A stretch of 64,000 nucleotides of DNA from positions 2,655,363-2,719,362 of the forward strand of contig OZ242326.1 in NCBI GenBank assembly GCA_965208325.1. Reading direction: 5' to 3'. This DNA comes from Candidatus Poribacteria bacterium (GTDB lineage: Bacteria > Poribacteria > WGA-4E > PCPOR2b). Under the pieces are notes generated by a model. The model was not told the DNA's origin, made no database searches, and worked only from the letters and a program-made list of their open reading frames with translations. Position numbers and translations under genes: made by a program. Of this stretch, positions 9,284 through 19,380 are shown one piece after another (position 1 is the stretch's first letter; every line of letters begins with the position of its first letter).

Positions 9284-10279
9284 ATGATACGACGGAAAAC
9301 ATTTTTGGGGCTATCCACTTTAGGAATATTGGCGTTGGTTGTTGCATCTCTTTTATTCCACGGGAATCTAGCAAAATACTCGCAGCCGAGAATTGAATTT
9401 GAAGAAGAGTCATGGGACTTTGGAACCCTAGCCGTGGGCGAAAAAGTTTTCCATAATTTCAAATTTCGGAATTCAGGGGATGCAACGCTTCAAATTAACA
9501 AGATTGACAGTTCATGTGCTTGTGCCGCCACGCTGTTGTCTTCTACAACATTGAAGCCGCAAGAAACTGGAGAGCTAAAGGTTGAGTTTAAGCAACTCAC
9601 GCCGAAAAACGTTCCGAGAACTGTTAAAATCTATTCAACAGATTCCTCAACACCCGTGAAAACCCTTACAATAAGAGCCAATGTCGTCCAACCCTACGAT
9701 GTCAACCCGCCACTTTTGTATTTCGACGCGAGCGGTACAAGAGAGTTGGAGATTTTTTCTGCTGCGGATTTAAACCTAGAATTGACACAAGTAGACACGT
9801 CGACAGAATACTTGGCTGCTATGATTGGAGCGCCTGAAATCGTGCATGCCAAAGTAAGGTTCCCAGTAAAGGTCAGATTTTTTGCGTCCACCTTAATACA
9901 GAGCTTAGATGAGCAGATTACTATACGTACAAACAGGAACGTGGCCCCAATTATTATTCCCGTGCGCGTTCGAATGAGTAAAAACATCAGCCTTCATCCT
10001 AACAAGCTTTTTTTCGGCGCAGTTTCGAAAGGCAAAAAAGTTGTCCGATCGGCAATAATTTCGGTGCCCAACAGTGATACCGATATTGAACGCATTGAAT
10101 ACAGGTCCCAAGCAATCTTAACGAATTTGGTGAAAGAACGGGAAAAGAAGATTGTGGTTGAAGTTGAATTGCGTCCAGATGCCCCCTTGGGGCGTTTTAT
10201 GGAACAGATAAGTATTCATACTAACGATTCAAATACGCCGCGGTTGGAACTAGCGGCGTATGGCATAATCTTGCCTTAA
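9284..10279 (+). CDS. DUF1573 domain-containing secreted/membrane-anchored protein
   Basis: Signal-anchor, then WDFGTLAVGEKVFHNFKFRNSGDATLQINKIDSSCACAA, the DUF1573 signature (F.F.N.G...L.I..SCGC-like). A second repeat follows. Confidence 0.7.
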   Translation: MIRRKTFLGLSTLGILALVVASLLFHGNLAKYSQPRIEFEEESWDFGTLAVGEKVFHNFKFRNSGDATLQINKIDSSCACAATLLSSTTLKPQETGELKVEFKQLTPKNVPRTVKIYSTDSSTPVKTLTIRANVVQPYDVNPPLLYFDASGTRELEIFSAADLNLELTQVDTSTEYLAAMIGAPEIVHAKVRFPVKVRFFASTLIQSLDEQITIRTNRNVAPIIIPVRVRMSKNISLHPNKLFFGAVSKGKKVVRSAIISVPNSDTDIERIEYRSQAILTNLVKEREKKIVVEVELRPDAPLGRFMEQISIHTNDSNTPRLELAAYGIILP

Positions 10280-10304
10280 TTCTAATTGTAAAAACGAGCG
10301 CCAT

Positions 10305-11444
10305 TTGATGTTAACGAGCCTTCGCCAGATATATTTTACTTGCGGGTTGATGTTTGTTTGGCTGATTTTGTTGGTCAATCAGTCCTTGACAATAGAGTTT
10401 TCACTTGAGGAAGTTGTAGAGGCTGTGAACTTTTCGAGGATAGTCATTGAAGACGGAGAACTGCAGACTATCTATTTCGAAGCACCGAAGCCAGAGCGTT
10501 CATCGGCGACTAAGTTTGAATTAATTGAAGCCAATGTGGCACAACTGAAAGAAAAATATAAAATGACTAAACACCAAAAAGAGAAAACTCGGATTAAAGA
10601 AGAATTGGATGTTTTTAATCGCAGGATTGAGTATTTAAACAAAGGTCGTGGATATTACGAACAGAGAAATATTGTTTTCAAAGTCAAACAGTACGCCACG
10701 TCCCCAAATCCGTCGAAGGACTTATACGTTCGGATGAATAGCATTGACCGTCACGGCGAATATGAAGGCGATTTAGGCGTTAATAGTTCATATATTGGAT
10801 TGCTGCATCTTCCAGTCCAATACCACAATACAGTAATTAGCGATGGAGAACACACAATTTATCTGTGGGCAGACTGCACAGGAGTGAATTCGGGATTGAT
10901 AGATGAAATGCAGTCTTCTACGGTAATTCAAATACCGTGTCATCTCTGGGGTCGTTCTTATCACAAAATATTGCCGGAAAAGGTAAGTAACTTTAAAAAG
11001 TCACAACTTCATACCTCTGCTGTATATACCATTGAGTTTGAAATGGAACGCGACCTCAGTCAACTTGGTTCCGTCACCGGATTGTCCGCCATTGATAAAG
11101 TGACACAAAAAGTATGGGTTGACCCTCACCAAGGATTTTCCGTTGTCCGATTGGAAGTTCGATATTATTTTCAGGGAAATTTCACAATTGTGCAAGTTTG
11201 TCGCTACGGTCAGTTTCGAGAAATCCACGGAGGAGTCTGGTTTCCAGGCACATTTGAGAATACAACCTATAATCCGTTGGACCCAGAACAGATTACCGGT
11301 ATCTACTCATATAAAATAGAGGAAGCCGATTTGAATGTCGGCATCCCAAGCGCCTTTTTCAATAATGTTGTCCATAATGGCATCCGACTGGGATTATTGA
11401 GCTATTCTCAGGGCGCGCCTTCCGATACAAAAGATGATCAGTGA
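10305..11444 (+). CDS. hypothetical exported protein (signal anchor + coiled-coil + beta-rich domain)
   Basis: 379-aa ORF, N-terminal hydrophobic helix, no diagnostic motif. Confidence 0.5.
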   Translation: MMLTSLRQIYFTCGLMFVWLILLVNQSLTIEFSLEEVVEAVNFSRIVIEDGELQTIYFEAPKPERSSATKFELIEANVAQLKEKYKMTKHQKEKTRIKEELDVFNRRIEYLNKGRGYYEQRNIVFKVKQYATSPNPSKDLYVRMNSIDRHGEYEGDLGVNSSYIGLLHLPVQYHNTVISDGEHTIYLWADCTGVNSGLIDEMQSSTVIQIPCHLWGRSYHKILPEKVSNFKKSQLHTSAVYTIEFEMERDLSQLGSVTGLSAIDKVTQKVWVDPHQGFSVVRLEVRYYFQGNFTIVQVCRYGQFREIHGGVWFPGTFENTTYNPLDPEQITGIYSYKIEEADLNVGIPSAFFNNVVHNGIRLGLLSYSQGAPSDTKDDQ

Positions 11445-11643
11445 ACTTCTAGAGCGCATCAGCAATTTTCACGCGGCACAAACTTGCGCTCTCTCGGAAA
11501 AAGCCTTCTTATTCGCCTTAAGGAGGCATTCCATTTCAACAGGAGGAGGATTGTCATTCTGACTCAATACAATGCTCAACGCTTCGGCGTTATTGATTTG
11601 GTGCGTATGACTTCCTGAGAGAGCGACATTTGTAAGAGAGGAG

Positions 11644-12069
11644 GTGAAAAAATTGAAAAATAAGATGTTGCCATTAATCTGTACACTAACAGTTGTCGCA
11701 TTAGTGGGTGTGGCATACACTGGCTTAATTGCCGATCAGGCAGACTGGACCGCCCAACACGGTGCAGGAGGCTGTACCGTTACAGCTGTTCCGCATTGGC
11801 CGCCAGGTTTCCCACCAAGTTGTGCGAGAAACTGTGATGCGAATGACCAATGTCGCGATACCACATCTACTGGTTTCGATGGGTTCTGCGCGAATGCAGG
11901 CCATTGGACGAATTTCCAGGGTCGTGGCACGGAAGAGACTCATGTCAGGCGTATTAACCGCTATCGTTGTACCCCTGACCACCTAGCAAACGGCGATTGT
12001 GTATGCCGTCAAAGTACATTACTTAATGAGGGGCGTAAGCTGCGGAGGTGCTTACTGACCCCGTGCTAG
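11644..12069 (+). CDS. small cysteine-rich secreted protein (10 Cys in predicted mature part; GG motif after N-terminal hydrophobic leader)
   Basis: 141-aa ORF with a hydrophobic N-terminus. Cys at 44, 60, 64, 70, 82, 109, 119, 121, 133 and 141. Strong RBS agaggagg immediately upstream. Confidence 0.55.
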   Translation: MKKLKNKMLPLICTLTVVALVGVAYTGLIADQADWTAQHGAGGCTVTAVPHWPPGFPPSCARNCDANDQCRDTTSTGFDGFCANAGHWTNFQGRGTEETHVRRINRYRCTPDHLANGDCVCRQSTLLNEGRKLRRCLLTPC

Positions 12070-12234
12070 GGCTATATGCGGTTCATCGTGCGCTCTGGAA
12101 TCGTGGGGTACGTTTACCGTGCCCCACAATACCCTTTACGATCTCTCGCGTAAAATTTATGGCGGTCGCCATGCTGTAAATCGTTGAGGGAAGGTATCAG
12201 TCAATCACATCGAAATTTCTACGGCGAAATTGTT

Positions 12235-13668
12235 ATGAAGAAGGCTCTGTTTCCCATCTCAATACTTTTTGCTTTGACAATCTGCTATTTCGCTGTCCGG
12301 TATCTGGTGTCTTCAACCCCTCAAACTTCCCAGAAGCAGGACCATTTTTTGGGTCCACAAAACAAATTCATAAAAGGGGTAAATGACTGCGGCCCGCAAA
12401 CCTTGCAGATTGTATGCGAACTCTTCGGGGTCAAAGCAACGGTCGAAGAACTAGCACGGCTGGCAGGAACGGATGAAACAGGCACAACCATGGGAGGATT
12501 GTACGAAGCTGCGGAGAAAAAGGGGCTTGCCCCTTTAGGAAAAAAGTTCACAATTCAACGACTTGAAGAATTGAAGCGCCCGGCGATAGCCTTCGTGCGC
12601 AATAACCACTTTGTCGTCGTCGAATCCTTCATTGATGGTAAACTCCGAATACTTGATCCGCCCAATTTGCCGTATAATTTAACACCGCGTGAATTCACAG
12701 ATATATGGTCAGGTCATGCGCTTGTATTCGATCTGGCTCGTAAAGTTGTTTCATCATATAGCAATCCGTCCATTGTATTTGATAGTGCTTATTATCATTT
12801 TGGACGAGTGCCGCAAAATCAGCAGATTTCACACAGTTTCGCGTTTAGAAACAGCGGTGTGAAACCGTTGGATGTTTCCATTGAATCAAGTTCGTGCCAA
12901 TGTGCGGCCGTGTTAATGTCGGAAAGGCTCGTTTCCCCCGGAAAATCCGGGAAAGTCGGGATTACCTATACCCCTAAGAAGTCAAATTCAGAAACTAGGG
13001 TTAAAGAGACAGTGACGCTTCGCACTAACGACCCAAGAAGACACCTTGTGACTTTAACTGTAACAGGGGAAACGTATCCCACCGTTAAGGTAATTCCGCC
13101 CGTCCTAAATTTCAGAGAGCTGACGAAGGGCACCGCGGCAGATAGAAAATTGACCGTGATAAGTCCAAGTGCCAAGGTACTTAAGGTAGAAACAAATTCA
13201 CCTAATATTGTCGGCAGAGTTATCGATCGACCTAATGGGAAAGAAATTAAAACTTACATTTCCGTGTCTATAAAGCCATCAACTCAGCCCTCTGGCGATA
13301 AGTTATTCATTTACACGGATGACATAAACTCACCTAAAATAGAAGTTCCAATTGTGTACGAAATCGCTGCGCCGGTCGTTGTTGCCCCCAAGACGGTCTT
13401 TTTTGGAGTTGTGAATGCGGCAGAAGACAACGTAGTAAATGTCAATATCTCAAAGCGGAATGTGTCGGGAGAGTTGGAGATAAAACATATTGAACGTACA
13501 TCCCCATTCATATCCTTTAAATTGATTACTGCAAAGACCAAAAGCAATTATAATCTTCAGATTTCTATCAGTAGTGAGGCGCCAGCGGGTGCTTTACGAG
13601 ACACCGTTATCGTTCATACGAATCAAACCGAAATTCCAATACCCGTGTACGCTGTTGTAATGAAGTGA
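12235..13668 (+). CDS. membrane-anchored peptidase-C39-like domain protein fused to DUF1573 repeats
   Basis: NDCGPQTLQIV (Cys box), GTTMGGLYEAAEKKGL, NHFVVVES (His box), ILDPPN and FTDIWSGHALVF align with the bacteriocin-processing C39 domain of ComA/LagD. Downstream is FAFRNSGVKPLDVSIESSSCQCAAV, the DUF1573 signature. Confidence 0.75.
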   Translation: MKKALFPISILFALTICYFAVRYLVSSTPQTSQKQDHFLGPQNKFIKGVNDCGPQTLQIVCELFGVKATVEELARLAGTDETGTTMGGLYEAAEKKGLAPLGKKFTIQRLEELKRPAIAFVRNNHFVVVESFIDGKLRILDPPNLPYNLTPREFTDIWSGHALVFDLARKVVSSYSNPSIVFDSAYYHFGRVPQNQQISHSFAFRNSGVKPLDVSIESSSCQCAAVLMSERLVSPGKSGKVGITYTPKKSNSETRVKETVTLRTNDPRRHLVTLTVTGETYPTVKVIPPVLNFRELTKGTAADRKLTVISPSAKVLKVETNSPNIVGRVIDRPNGKEIKTYISVSIKPSTQPSGDKLFIYTDDINSPKIEVPIVYEIAAPVVVAPKTVFFGVVNAAEDNVVNVNISKRNVSGELEIKHIERTSPFISFKLITAKTKSNYNLQISISSEAPAGALRDTVIVHTNQTEIPIPVYAVVMK

Positions 13669-13978
13669 CAACCCAGTGCTTTACGTTCAGCGTATGTGAG
13701 AAATTGATTCCGATAGCTTTCGGTTGTCTTTTCGCGTTTTCCCTATCCCATCCCAACAATTGTCCTTGACGGTATAATACGAAATTCTATCCAATCTTGT
13801 AATGGTCATGTAAAATGTAGACATCGGGGACCGCATTGTTCTTTTAATTTCAGCGAAGCAGAATTTGATTGATGAAGCCAAGGTATTTCGTGAAAACTCG
13901 GTTTTTATGACCATTTAATCTATCGAAATCTACTCCATACCCTTTGGATTTCCAAACTCTCATTGATAGGATCAGTCA

Positions 13979-14860
13979 ATGCACGGTAGTAGCACGATGC
14001 GTAAACCATTTGATTGGCTAATACAAATTCTTATGAAATTTGTCACTACGATTAGGTTAACTTTGTCGGTTTTGCTTTCAATCACGTTCGCAACCTGTGC
14101 TTCTGAGAAACCAGCCAGTCTTGATATAGAGATGATTCGTATTCCCGCGGGCGACTTCAAAATGGGAACTTCGCGCACGAATGAAACCGCGGATAGTAGT
14201 CCGCAGCACGTTGTTTTTCTCAATGCGTATCAAATCGGTAAATTTGAAATAACAAATCAGCAATACCACGAATTTATCATGGCGGGTGGATATAGAAAGC
14301 GAGAAGTTTGGACTCCTGAAGGTTGGAAATTTATAGTGCAAAATCAGATTGTTGCCCCCGCCGCCTGGAATCTGTTCGGATTTAACCACCCGAGTCAGCC
14401 TGCAGTTGGGATGTCTTGGCACGAAGCAGCCGCTTTTGCAAAATGGGCGGGAAAACGTCTGCCTACAGAAGCAGAATGGGAAAAAGCCGCCAGGGGAACC
14501 GACGGTAGAGCCTACCCCTGGGGGGAAGACATAAGTGTCACCGCTGTGTTTTACAACGCTTTGGTTCGACCGCAAACAGTTGGTAGTCACCCGGAGGGGA
14601 AAAGTCCCTTTGGACTTTACGATGTTGCCGGAAACGTATGGGAATGGGTACAAGATTGGTATGACCCAAATATTTATGAAAGAAGTTCATACGACAACTT
14701 AAATGGCCCCGTTCAAGGCGACCGCAAAGTAATGCGTGGGGGTGGCTGGGATTCAAATAGACGCCATTTGCAGTGTACCTACCGCCAGCGTGAAAAACCA
14801 ACGTGGCGGCGTCTGAACACCGGTTTTCGCGTGGCGGAAAACATCAATGAAGTGCGTTGA
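13979..14860 (+). CDS. formylglycine-generating enzyme (FGE-sulfatase/SUMF1) family protein
   Basis: MIRIPAGDFKMG, WHEAAAFAKWAGKRLPTEAEWEKAARGTDGR, GLYDVAGNVWEW and RGGGWDS motifs of PF03781. Alternative start possible at 13997. Confidence 0.85.
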   Translation: MHGSSTMRKPFDWLIQILMKFVTTIRLTLSVLLSITFATCASEKPASLDIEMIRIPAGDFKMGTSRTNETADSSPQHVVFLNAYQIGKFEITNQQYHEFIMAGGYRKREVWTPEGWKFIVQNQIVAPAAWNLFGFNHPSQPAVGMSWHEAAAFAKWAGKRLPTEAEWEKAARGTDGRAYPWGEDISVTAVFYNALVRPQTVGSHPEGKSPFGLYDVAGNVWEWVQDWYDPNIYERSSYDNLNGPVQGDRKVMRGGGWDSNRRHLQCTYRQREKPTWRRLNTGFRVAENINEVR

Positions 14861-14956
14861 AAAAGCGACGGCAATTCATTTTGGTGACAGTTGGGAAGCA
14901 GGTCGAAAATGGAATACTGACTGCTCACTCGTGACTAGATTGGACAGGAGACATTC

Positions 14957-16831
14957 ATGAGGCTGCTTAAAGGCAATACTAAGGGAAGCTTAATTCTTAT
15001 CACGATTGTAATGGCACTGATTACCCTTGCACCCCGTGTATCCTCGCTTCATTCTGACTGGACTTCTAGCGATGAAGATCGGTGGATTGCCAGGTCTTTT
15101 CGCTTTTTGACGGCGCTGCATAGAGGCGATTTTGACGAGACGCTGAGTGCGTATCATCCGGGGGTAACGACAATGTGGACGGGTGCAGCGACCCTTTGGC
15201 TAAAATACCGACATCTATTATTCATGTTCGACGATGGAAAGAAGCAGATGGATAGTGAACGCGCGCTATCGCTTATCTCGGTTGAAAACCTTCAAAGGAC
15301 ACGGTTGGGCATAGCGATTCTTACAACTATTACAATTCTGATAGGATTTCACCTTATTCGCAAACTTCTTGGCTTGAAGATAGCCATTGTTTCGTCTTTG
15401 CTGATTGCATTCGATCCGACCTACTTAATGGAGACGAGAAGGATTCATGTTGATGCCCTGATGACGGGCTTTTTGGTGCAATCAATCTTATCCCTCATCA
15501 TCTACATGGAAACGCCGCGTAAGCGCGGTTATCTCCTATTCTCAGGGCTGAGTTTTGGGCTAGCCTGCCTTTCAAAGACCCCTGCAATGATTTTAATCTT
15601 TTATTTACCGCTTTTGTTTGTCCTTTATTATGGAATTCAAATCGCGGATGGGAACTCAGTCAGCCGGAGGGATTTCGCTAAACTCCTTTTTAGCCTATTG
15701 GCTTGGGCGGGCACAGCTTGTTTAACTTTCGTCGGGCTCTGGCCCGCTCTATGGATTGCCGAAATCAGGGTTGGGGGAGTTACGTTGCCACTCTTTATTG
15801 TAGCTATTCCATTGCTTATTGTGATAACTACTTGGAGTTTTACCCGGCTTGCCAATCCGTCATCCAAAATTTCGTCATTTGTAGATGCCACAATCGAAGA
15901 CCTTCGGCGGCTAATCATGGCGCTGCTATCCCTGGCTGGTATATGTCTTTTGCTAATAGTCGTGTTGATGAATGCGGGTAGCGTTATTCCGGAACTTCGC
16001 AGGGCGCTTGCAAATCCGCATGATTTTCCACAGGTATTTATGGGAAACGTGGTATTCAGTCCCGGCATGCTCTACTATCCGATAATGTTAACTATATATG
16101 CTACCCCGTTAGTTTTGCTTTCGTTCGTAGTTGGAATCTTTATTGTTTGGGGAAGGCGGGATCAGATAAAAAACTCAAAATCGCTTAGAGTTTTCTTGAA
16201 CTTCGTAATATTCGTGATTTTATACACTGTTTGTATGTCATTAGGCGCAAAAAAGTTGAGTCGATATATCTTGCCTGTCTACCCAATACTCGATATTTTA
16301 GCAGCAATCGGTTTGTGCGCCCTTGTAAAAGCGTTGGTGCGACATGTAGAATCACCTTCCGTCAAGAGGAGGTATAATCCTCTCTTAGGCAAAATGGGAA
16401 AAGCTATGGTCTCTTATCTGATTCTGCCTACAATTGTATTATACCAAATCTTATCAACAATTTCTCTACACCCCCACTATGGAAGCTATTATAATCCGCT
16501 TTTGCCAAACCAATATATTAGAAAAGCGACCATAATGGGTAGGGGAGTCGGAATAGAAGAGGCGGCCAATTATCTCAATCAGATTAGCGATGAACGGAAC
16601 ATAGTATTACGCGCATCTTCCATCGGCCGTAGCACTTTACGCCATTACTTTAATGGAAGGATTCAACCTCTTGATGCTTTGCTAGCGGCCAATTTGGCTG
16701 TTTACGATTTTATATATGTGCATGATGTCCAAATTGGTTCAGTCGAAGAAAGACTCTATTCGGACCGTGTGCCAGAATACACAGTGACGGTTAATAATAT
16801 TGACTACGTAAAATTATACAAGGCATACTGA
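14957..16831 (+). CDS. GT-C fold glycosyltransferase, GT39/ArnT/PMT-like (polyprenol-phosphate-sugar dependent)
   Basis: Over 12 TM helices with an N-terminal periplasmic-loop DE motif (SSDEDRWIARSFRF). The overall topology matches the ArnT/PMT_2 family. Confidence 0.6.
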   Translation: MRLLKGNTKGSLILITIVMALITLAPRVSSLHSDWTSSDEDRWIARSFRFLTALHRGDFDETLSAYHPGVTTMWTGAATLWLKYRHLLFMFDDGKKQMDSERALSLISVENLQRTRLGIAILTTITILIGFHLIRKLLGLKIAIVSSLLIAFDPTYLMETRRIHVDALMTGFLVQSILSLIIYMETPRKRGYLLFSGLSFGLACLSKTPAMILIFYLPLLFVLYYGIQIADGNSVSRRDFAKLLFSLLAWAGTACLTFVGLWPALWIAEIRVGGVTLPLFIVAIPLLIVITTWSFTRLANPSSKISSFVDATIEDLRRLIMALLSLAGICLLLIVVLMNAGSVIPELRRALANPHDFPQVFMGNVVFSPGMLYYPIMLTIYATPLVLLSFVVGIFIVWGRRDQIKNSKSLRVFLNFVIFVILYTVCMSLGAKKLSRYILPVYPILDILAAIGLCALVKALVRHVESPSVKRRYNPLLGKMGKAMVSYLILPTIVLYQILSTISLHPHYGSYYNPLLPNQYIRKATIMGRGVGIEEAANYLNQISDERNIVLRASSIGRSTLRHYFNGRIQPLDALLAANLAVYDFIYVHDVQIGSVEERLYSDRVPEYTVTVNNIDYVKLYKAY

Positions 16832-16875
16832 AAGGGCAAAATTTGACACATTACATTTTTTGAATCGCTGATTAT

Positions 16876-17060
16876 GGTTTATTCTTGGAGAATGATTCTC
16901 TGATTAGCGGTTCAATAGGGTTACATTTTTATGCAAGGTGTGACATCTGGCTAAATGATTTAACCCTGACGGAGGGCCGATGAACCGGATGGCGATCCTG
17001 GTGTTTTGCAAGTCAGTTCCCTTGCAAAGCATGTTGCGGCAACGTGGGAAAAGCTAAAAG
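16876..17060 (+). pseudogene. degenerate fragment (3' about 60 codons) of the 17924-18676 gene; part of a roughly 1.62 kb tandem duplication
   Basis: Nucleotide similarity of 16880-17060 to 18496-18680. Translation gives SLISGSIGLHFYARCDIWLNDL, then a frameshift, then GVLQV...WEKLKAQK. Confidence 0.75.
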
Positions 17061-17101
17061 CACAGAAATGACCGAATTTCGTTAAGAGGAAGGGTTAATA
17101 T

Positions 17102-17740
17102 ATGAACGTGTCATTGAGTTGTGCAATGATATTGGCAGTGATATTTGCTCTCGCCCTTGGGTGTGGGAACACTGACAACCCCGTTGCGGAAGACATTCAG
17201 GAACCTCCAACTGAGCCTCCACCCCATATCGTAGCGCCAATATTAGGAGAGTGGCATCTTATGGATATTATTTGGTACGTGGACGGAGTGGTTACGAACC
17301 AGAATAATACTACAGGATGGATTTACGGTGCAAACCCGAATATCCTAACATTCGCGCAAGATGGGATTTTCAATCTAACACAAAGATATCCCATACAAGA
17401 GGAATACTTAGAAATCCTTGAATGGAAAGGCAAGGGACATATCCAAGACGTTATAGTCACCTTTCGGGGAAAATATCGCATCAATGCGAATCAACTCTGG
17501 TTAAACCGGGTTGTAACTAGGGTGGAACCAAGGGAAGAAGCGCTCGCATACAGTCCCGAGTTTGGGAACCCCATATTTGTTTATGATTATTGGGCGCATA
17601 CCGATTTGGGCACGCACGGTAATCTACTACATTATTCTCTCGCTGACGATGGCAATCAACTGGAATTGAGAGCGGAAATAGTAAGCAAAAACGTTATGTA
17701 CGCAATGAATTTAATTCATCGCCGGCTAAAAAATGAGTGA
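17102..17740 (+). CDS. hypothetical lipoprotein (lipobox LALGCG)
   Basis: 212 aa with a signal peptide and Cys lipobox. Paralogous to the pseudogene at 18720-19290. Confidence 0.6.
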   Translation: MNVSLSCAMILAVIFALALGCGNTDNPVAEDIQEPPTEPPPHIVAPILGEWHLMDIIWYVDGVVTNQNNTTGWIYGANPNILTFAQDGIFNLTQRYPIQEEYLEILEWKGKGHIQDVIVTFRGKYRINANQLWLNRVVTRVEPREEALAYSPEFGNPIFVYDYWAHTDLGTHGNLLHYSLADDGNQLELRAEIVSKNVMYAMNLIHRRLKNE

Positions 17741-17923
17741 AAAAGGATATAAAACATTTGAGCATTAAAGGACGAACGCGAGCCGTCTGTCTCCACACTC
17801 GCAAAATCTACGTGATTGCGATCGATGTTGACGCCGAGGGGTTTAGTGTCAATTGGGTAAAGAAGAAACCAGGTGCAATCTTTGCATTTCTAGACTGAAA
17901 ATCTAATTGGGAGATGAGGTATT

Positions 17924-18676
17924 ATGCCAATTAAAACTTTCCGATTCATGATTGTATTCTTGGAAATCATTGTTGTGTTTGGACGATTGTGTACGGCGGG
18001 CACGTGGATAGACGATTTCAGTGACCCAACCCTTCGAGATTGGGGGGGCGGATTGTTAAATGACGAGGTTAGAGCAACTGTTGTTGATGGTCAATTTAAT
18101 TTCAGTGGAAAAAAACAAGGAGCAAATCATAGAATGACGAATTGGGAATTAGGGGAAATCCAAGATTTTTCGCTTGAGTTGAAGTTTATGGTTAGAAACG
18201 TCCGAAATCCAATGGATAGCGGTTGGTCGGTTCAATATACCGCCTTTAACGAAAAAACGATGGACTTGGAAGGGATAGCGGACTTTGGGTTTAGATATGC
18301 ACTAGGAGCTAATGTAGAACCTAATGTTGCGTTTGTAACGATTATTTGGCGGTTGCCGGCGAACAATCCACAAATCGGGAAGTTCAAGGAAATAGCCCGC
18401 TTTGCATACGAAAATGAGGTCTGGTACACGTTGAAGATTGAGCGCGAAGTGAACCGATACCATTTTTGGATTGGAAATATTGGTTTAATCACAGAGGATG
18501 ATTCTCTGACTAATGGTTCAATTGGGTTCCACTTTTATGGAAGGTGTAACATCTGGTTAGATGACTTAATTGTGACGGGTCACGATGTGCCCGATGGAGG
18601 GCCCGGCGTTTTGCAAGTCAAAGCCTTAGCAGAGAAATTAACGACTACCTGGGGAAAGCTGAAAGCACGGAACTGA
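17924..18676 (+). CDS. hypothetical secreted jelly-roll-like protein
   Basis: 250 aa with an N-terminal signal. Its 3' end is duplicated as a remnant at 16876-17060. Confidence 0.55.
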   Translation: MPIKTFRFMIVFLEIIVVFGRLCTAGTWIDDFSDPTLRDWGGGLLNDEVRATVVDGQFNFSGKKQGANHRMTNWELGEIQDFSLELKFMVRNVRNPMDSGWSVQYTAFNEKTMDLEGIADFGFRYALGANVEPNVAFVTIIWRLPANNPQIGKFKEIARFAYENEVWYTLKIEREVNRYHFWIGNIGLITEDDSLTNGSIGFHFYGRCNIWLDDLIVTGHDVPDGGPGVLQVKALAEKLTTTWGKLKARN

Positions 18677-18719
18677 CTGAAACCGTTCAGATGAGGAGCG
18701 AACCTAGATGTAATTAACA

Positions 18720-19290
18720 TTGATATGGGCAACGGTATTGGGAATTTTACTTGTTTGCATCGTCAGGGGTGGAAATACAGACAATCCCATTGGAGTAGAT
18801 GAACCGAAATTACTAACCGATACGCCGACGGAAAGCGTCCCCCCAATTCTGGGAAGTCGGCGTTATATGGAGATATTTTGGTTTAGGGATGGAGAAGAAA
18901 TAAACCGGACAGGTGTGAACAGTGCCGGGCGGCTTAGTCGCTGGGTACCGATTATCCTGACATTGGTGTCGGATGGAATTTTTGACGTAGTAAGCAAATA
19001 TCCCATTGGAGAGTCGGTCGCATACAAACCGAAGCTTGAATGGTTGGCTTGAACATGTCCAAGAAACTGTTGATGCCTTCCGTGGTAAATATCACATCAG
19101 CGCGAATGAAATCCGGTTCAACCTAGTTCAACCTAATCGTAACGAGTGTAAAGCCAAAGAAAGCACCGAAATTGATTCAGAATTTGACACTCTGAATTCT
19201 GGTATAATGATGGAGGAGCGCTGGATTATTCCCTCACTGACGGTGGGAATCACCTTGAATTAAGAAGGGGAAAAGGGGAATACAATACAT
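18720..19290 (+). pseudogene. frameshifted paralog of lipoprotein gene 17102-17740
   Basis: GGNTDNPIGVDEP...PPILGSRRYMEIFWFRDG, then FRGKYHISANEIRFNLV and LDYSLTDGGNHLEL appear in three different frames, implying at least 2 frameshifts. Confidence 0.75.
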
Positions 19291-19380
19291 GGTGAAATTC
19301 ATCCATCGTCGATCAGAAGCCGAATAGCATTTCAGTATTTTAGATAGAAACCAAGATTGCACCCGCGATTAAGAATATAC

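Noticed and set aside
11461-11510. Inverted repeat GAGCGCA…TGCGCTC after the 10305-11444 gene as a rho-independent terminator.
   Set aside because: 29-nt loop and no U-tract. The GGCAC-N4-TTGC motif inside it has the wrong spacing for sigma-54 by one nt.
13760-13780. TTGACGGTATAAT as a sigma-70 promoter before the FGE gene.
   Set aside because: The -35-like and -10-like hexamers are only 1 nt apart. The TATAAT alone, 200 bp from the gene, is weak evidence.
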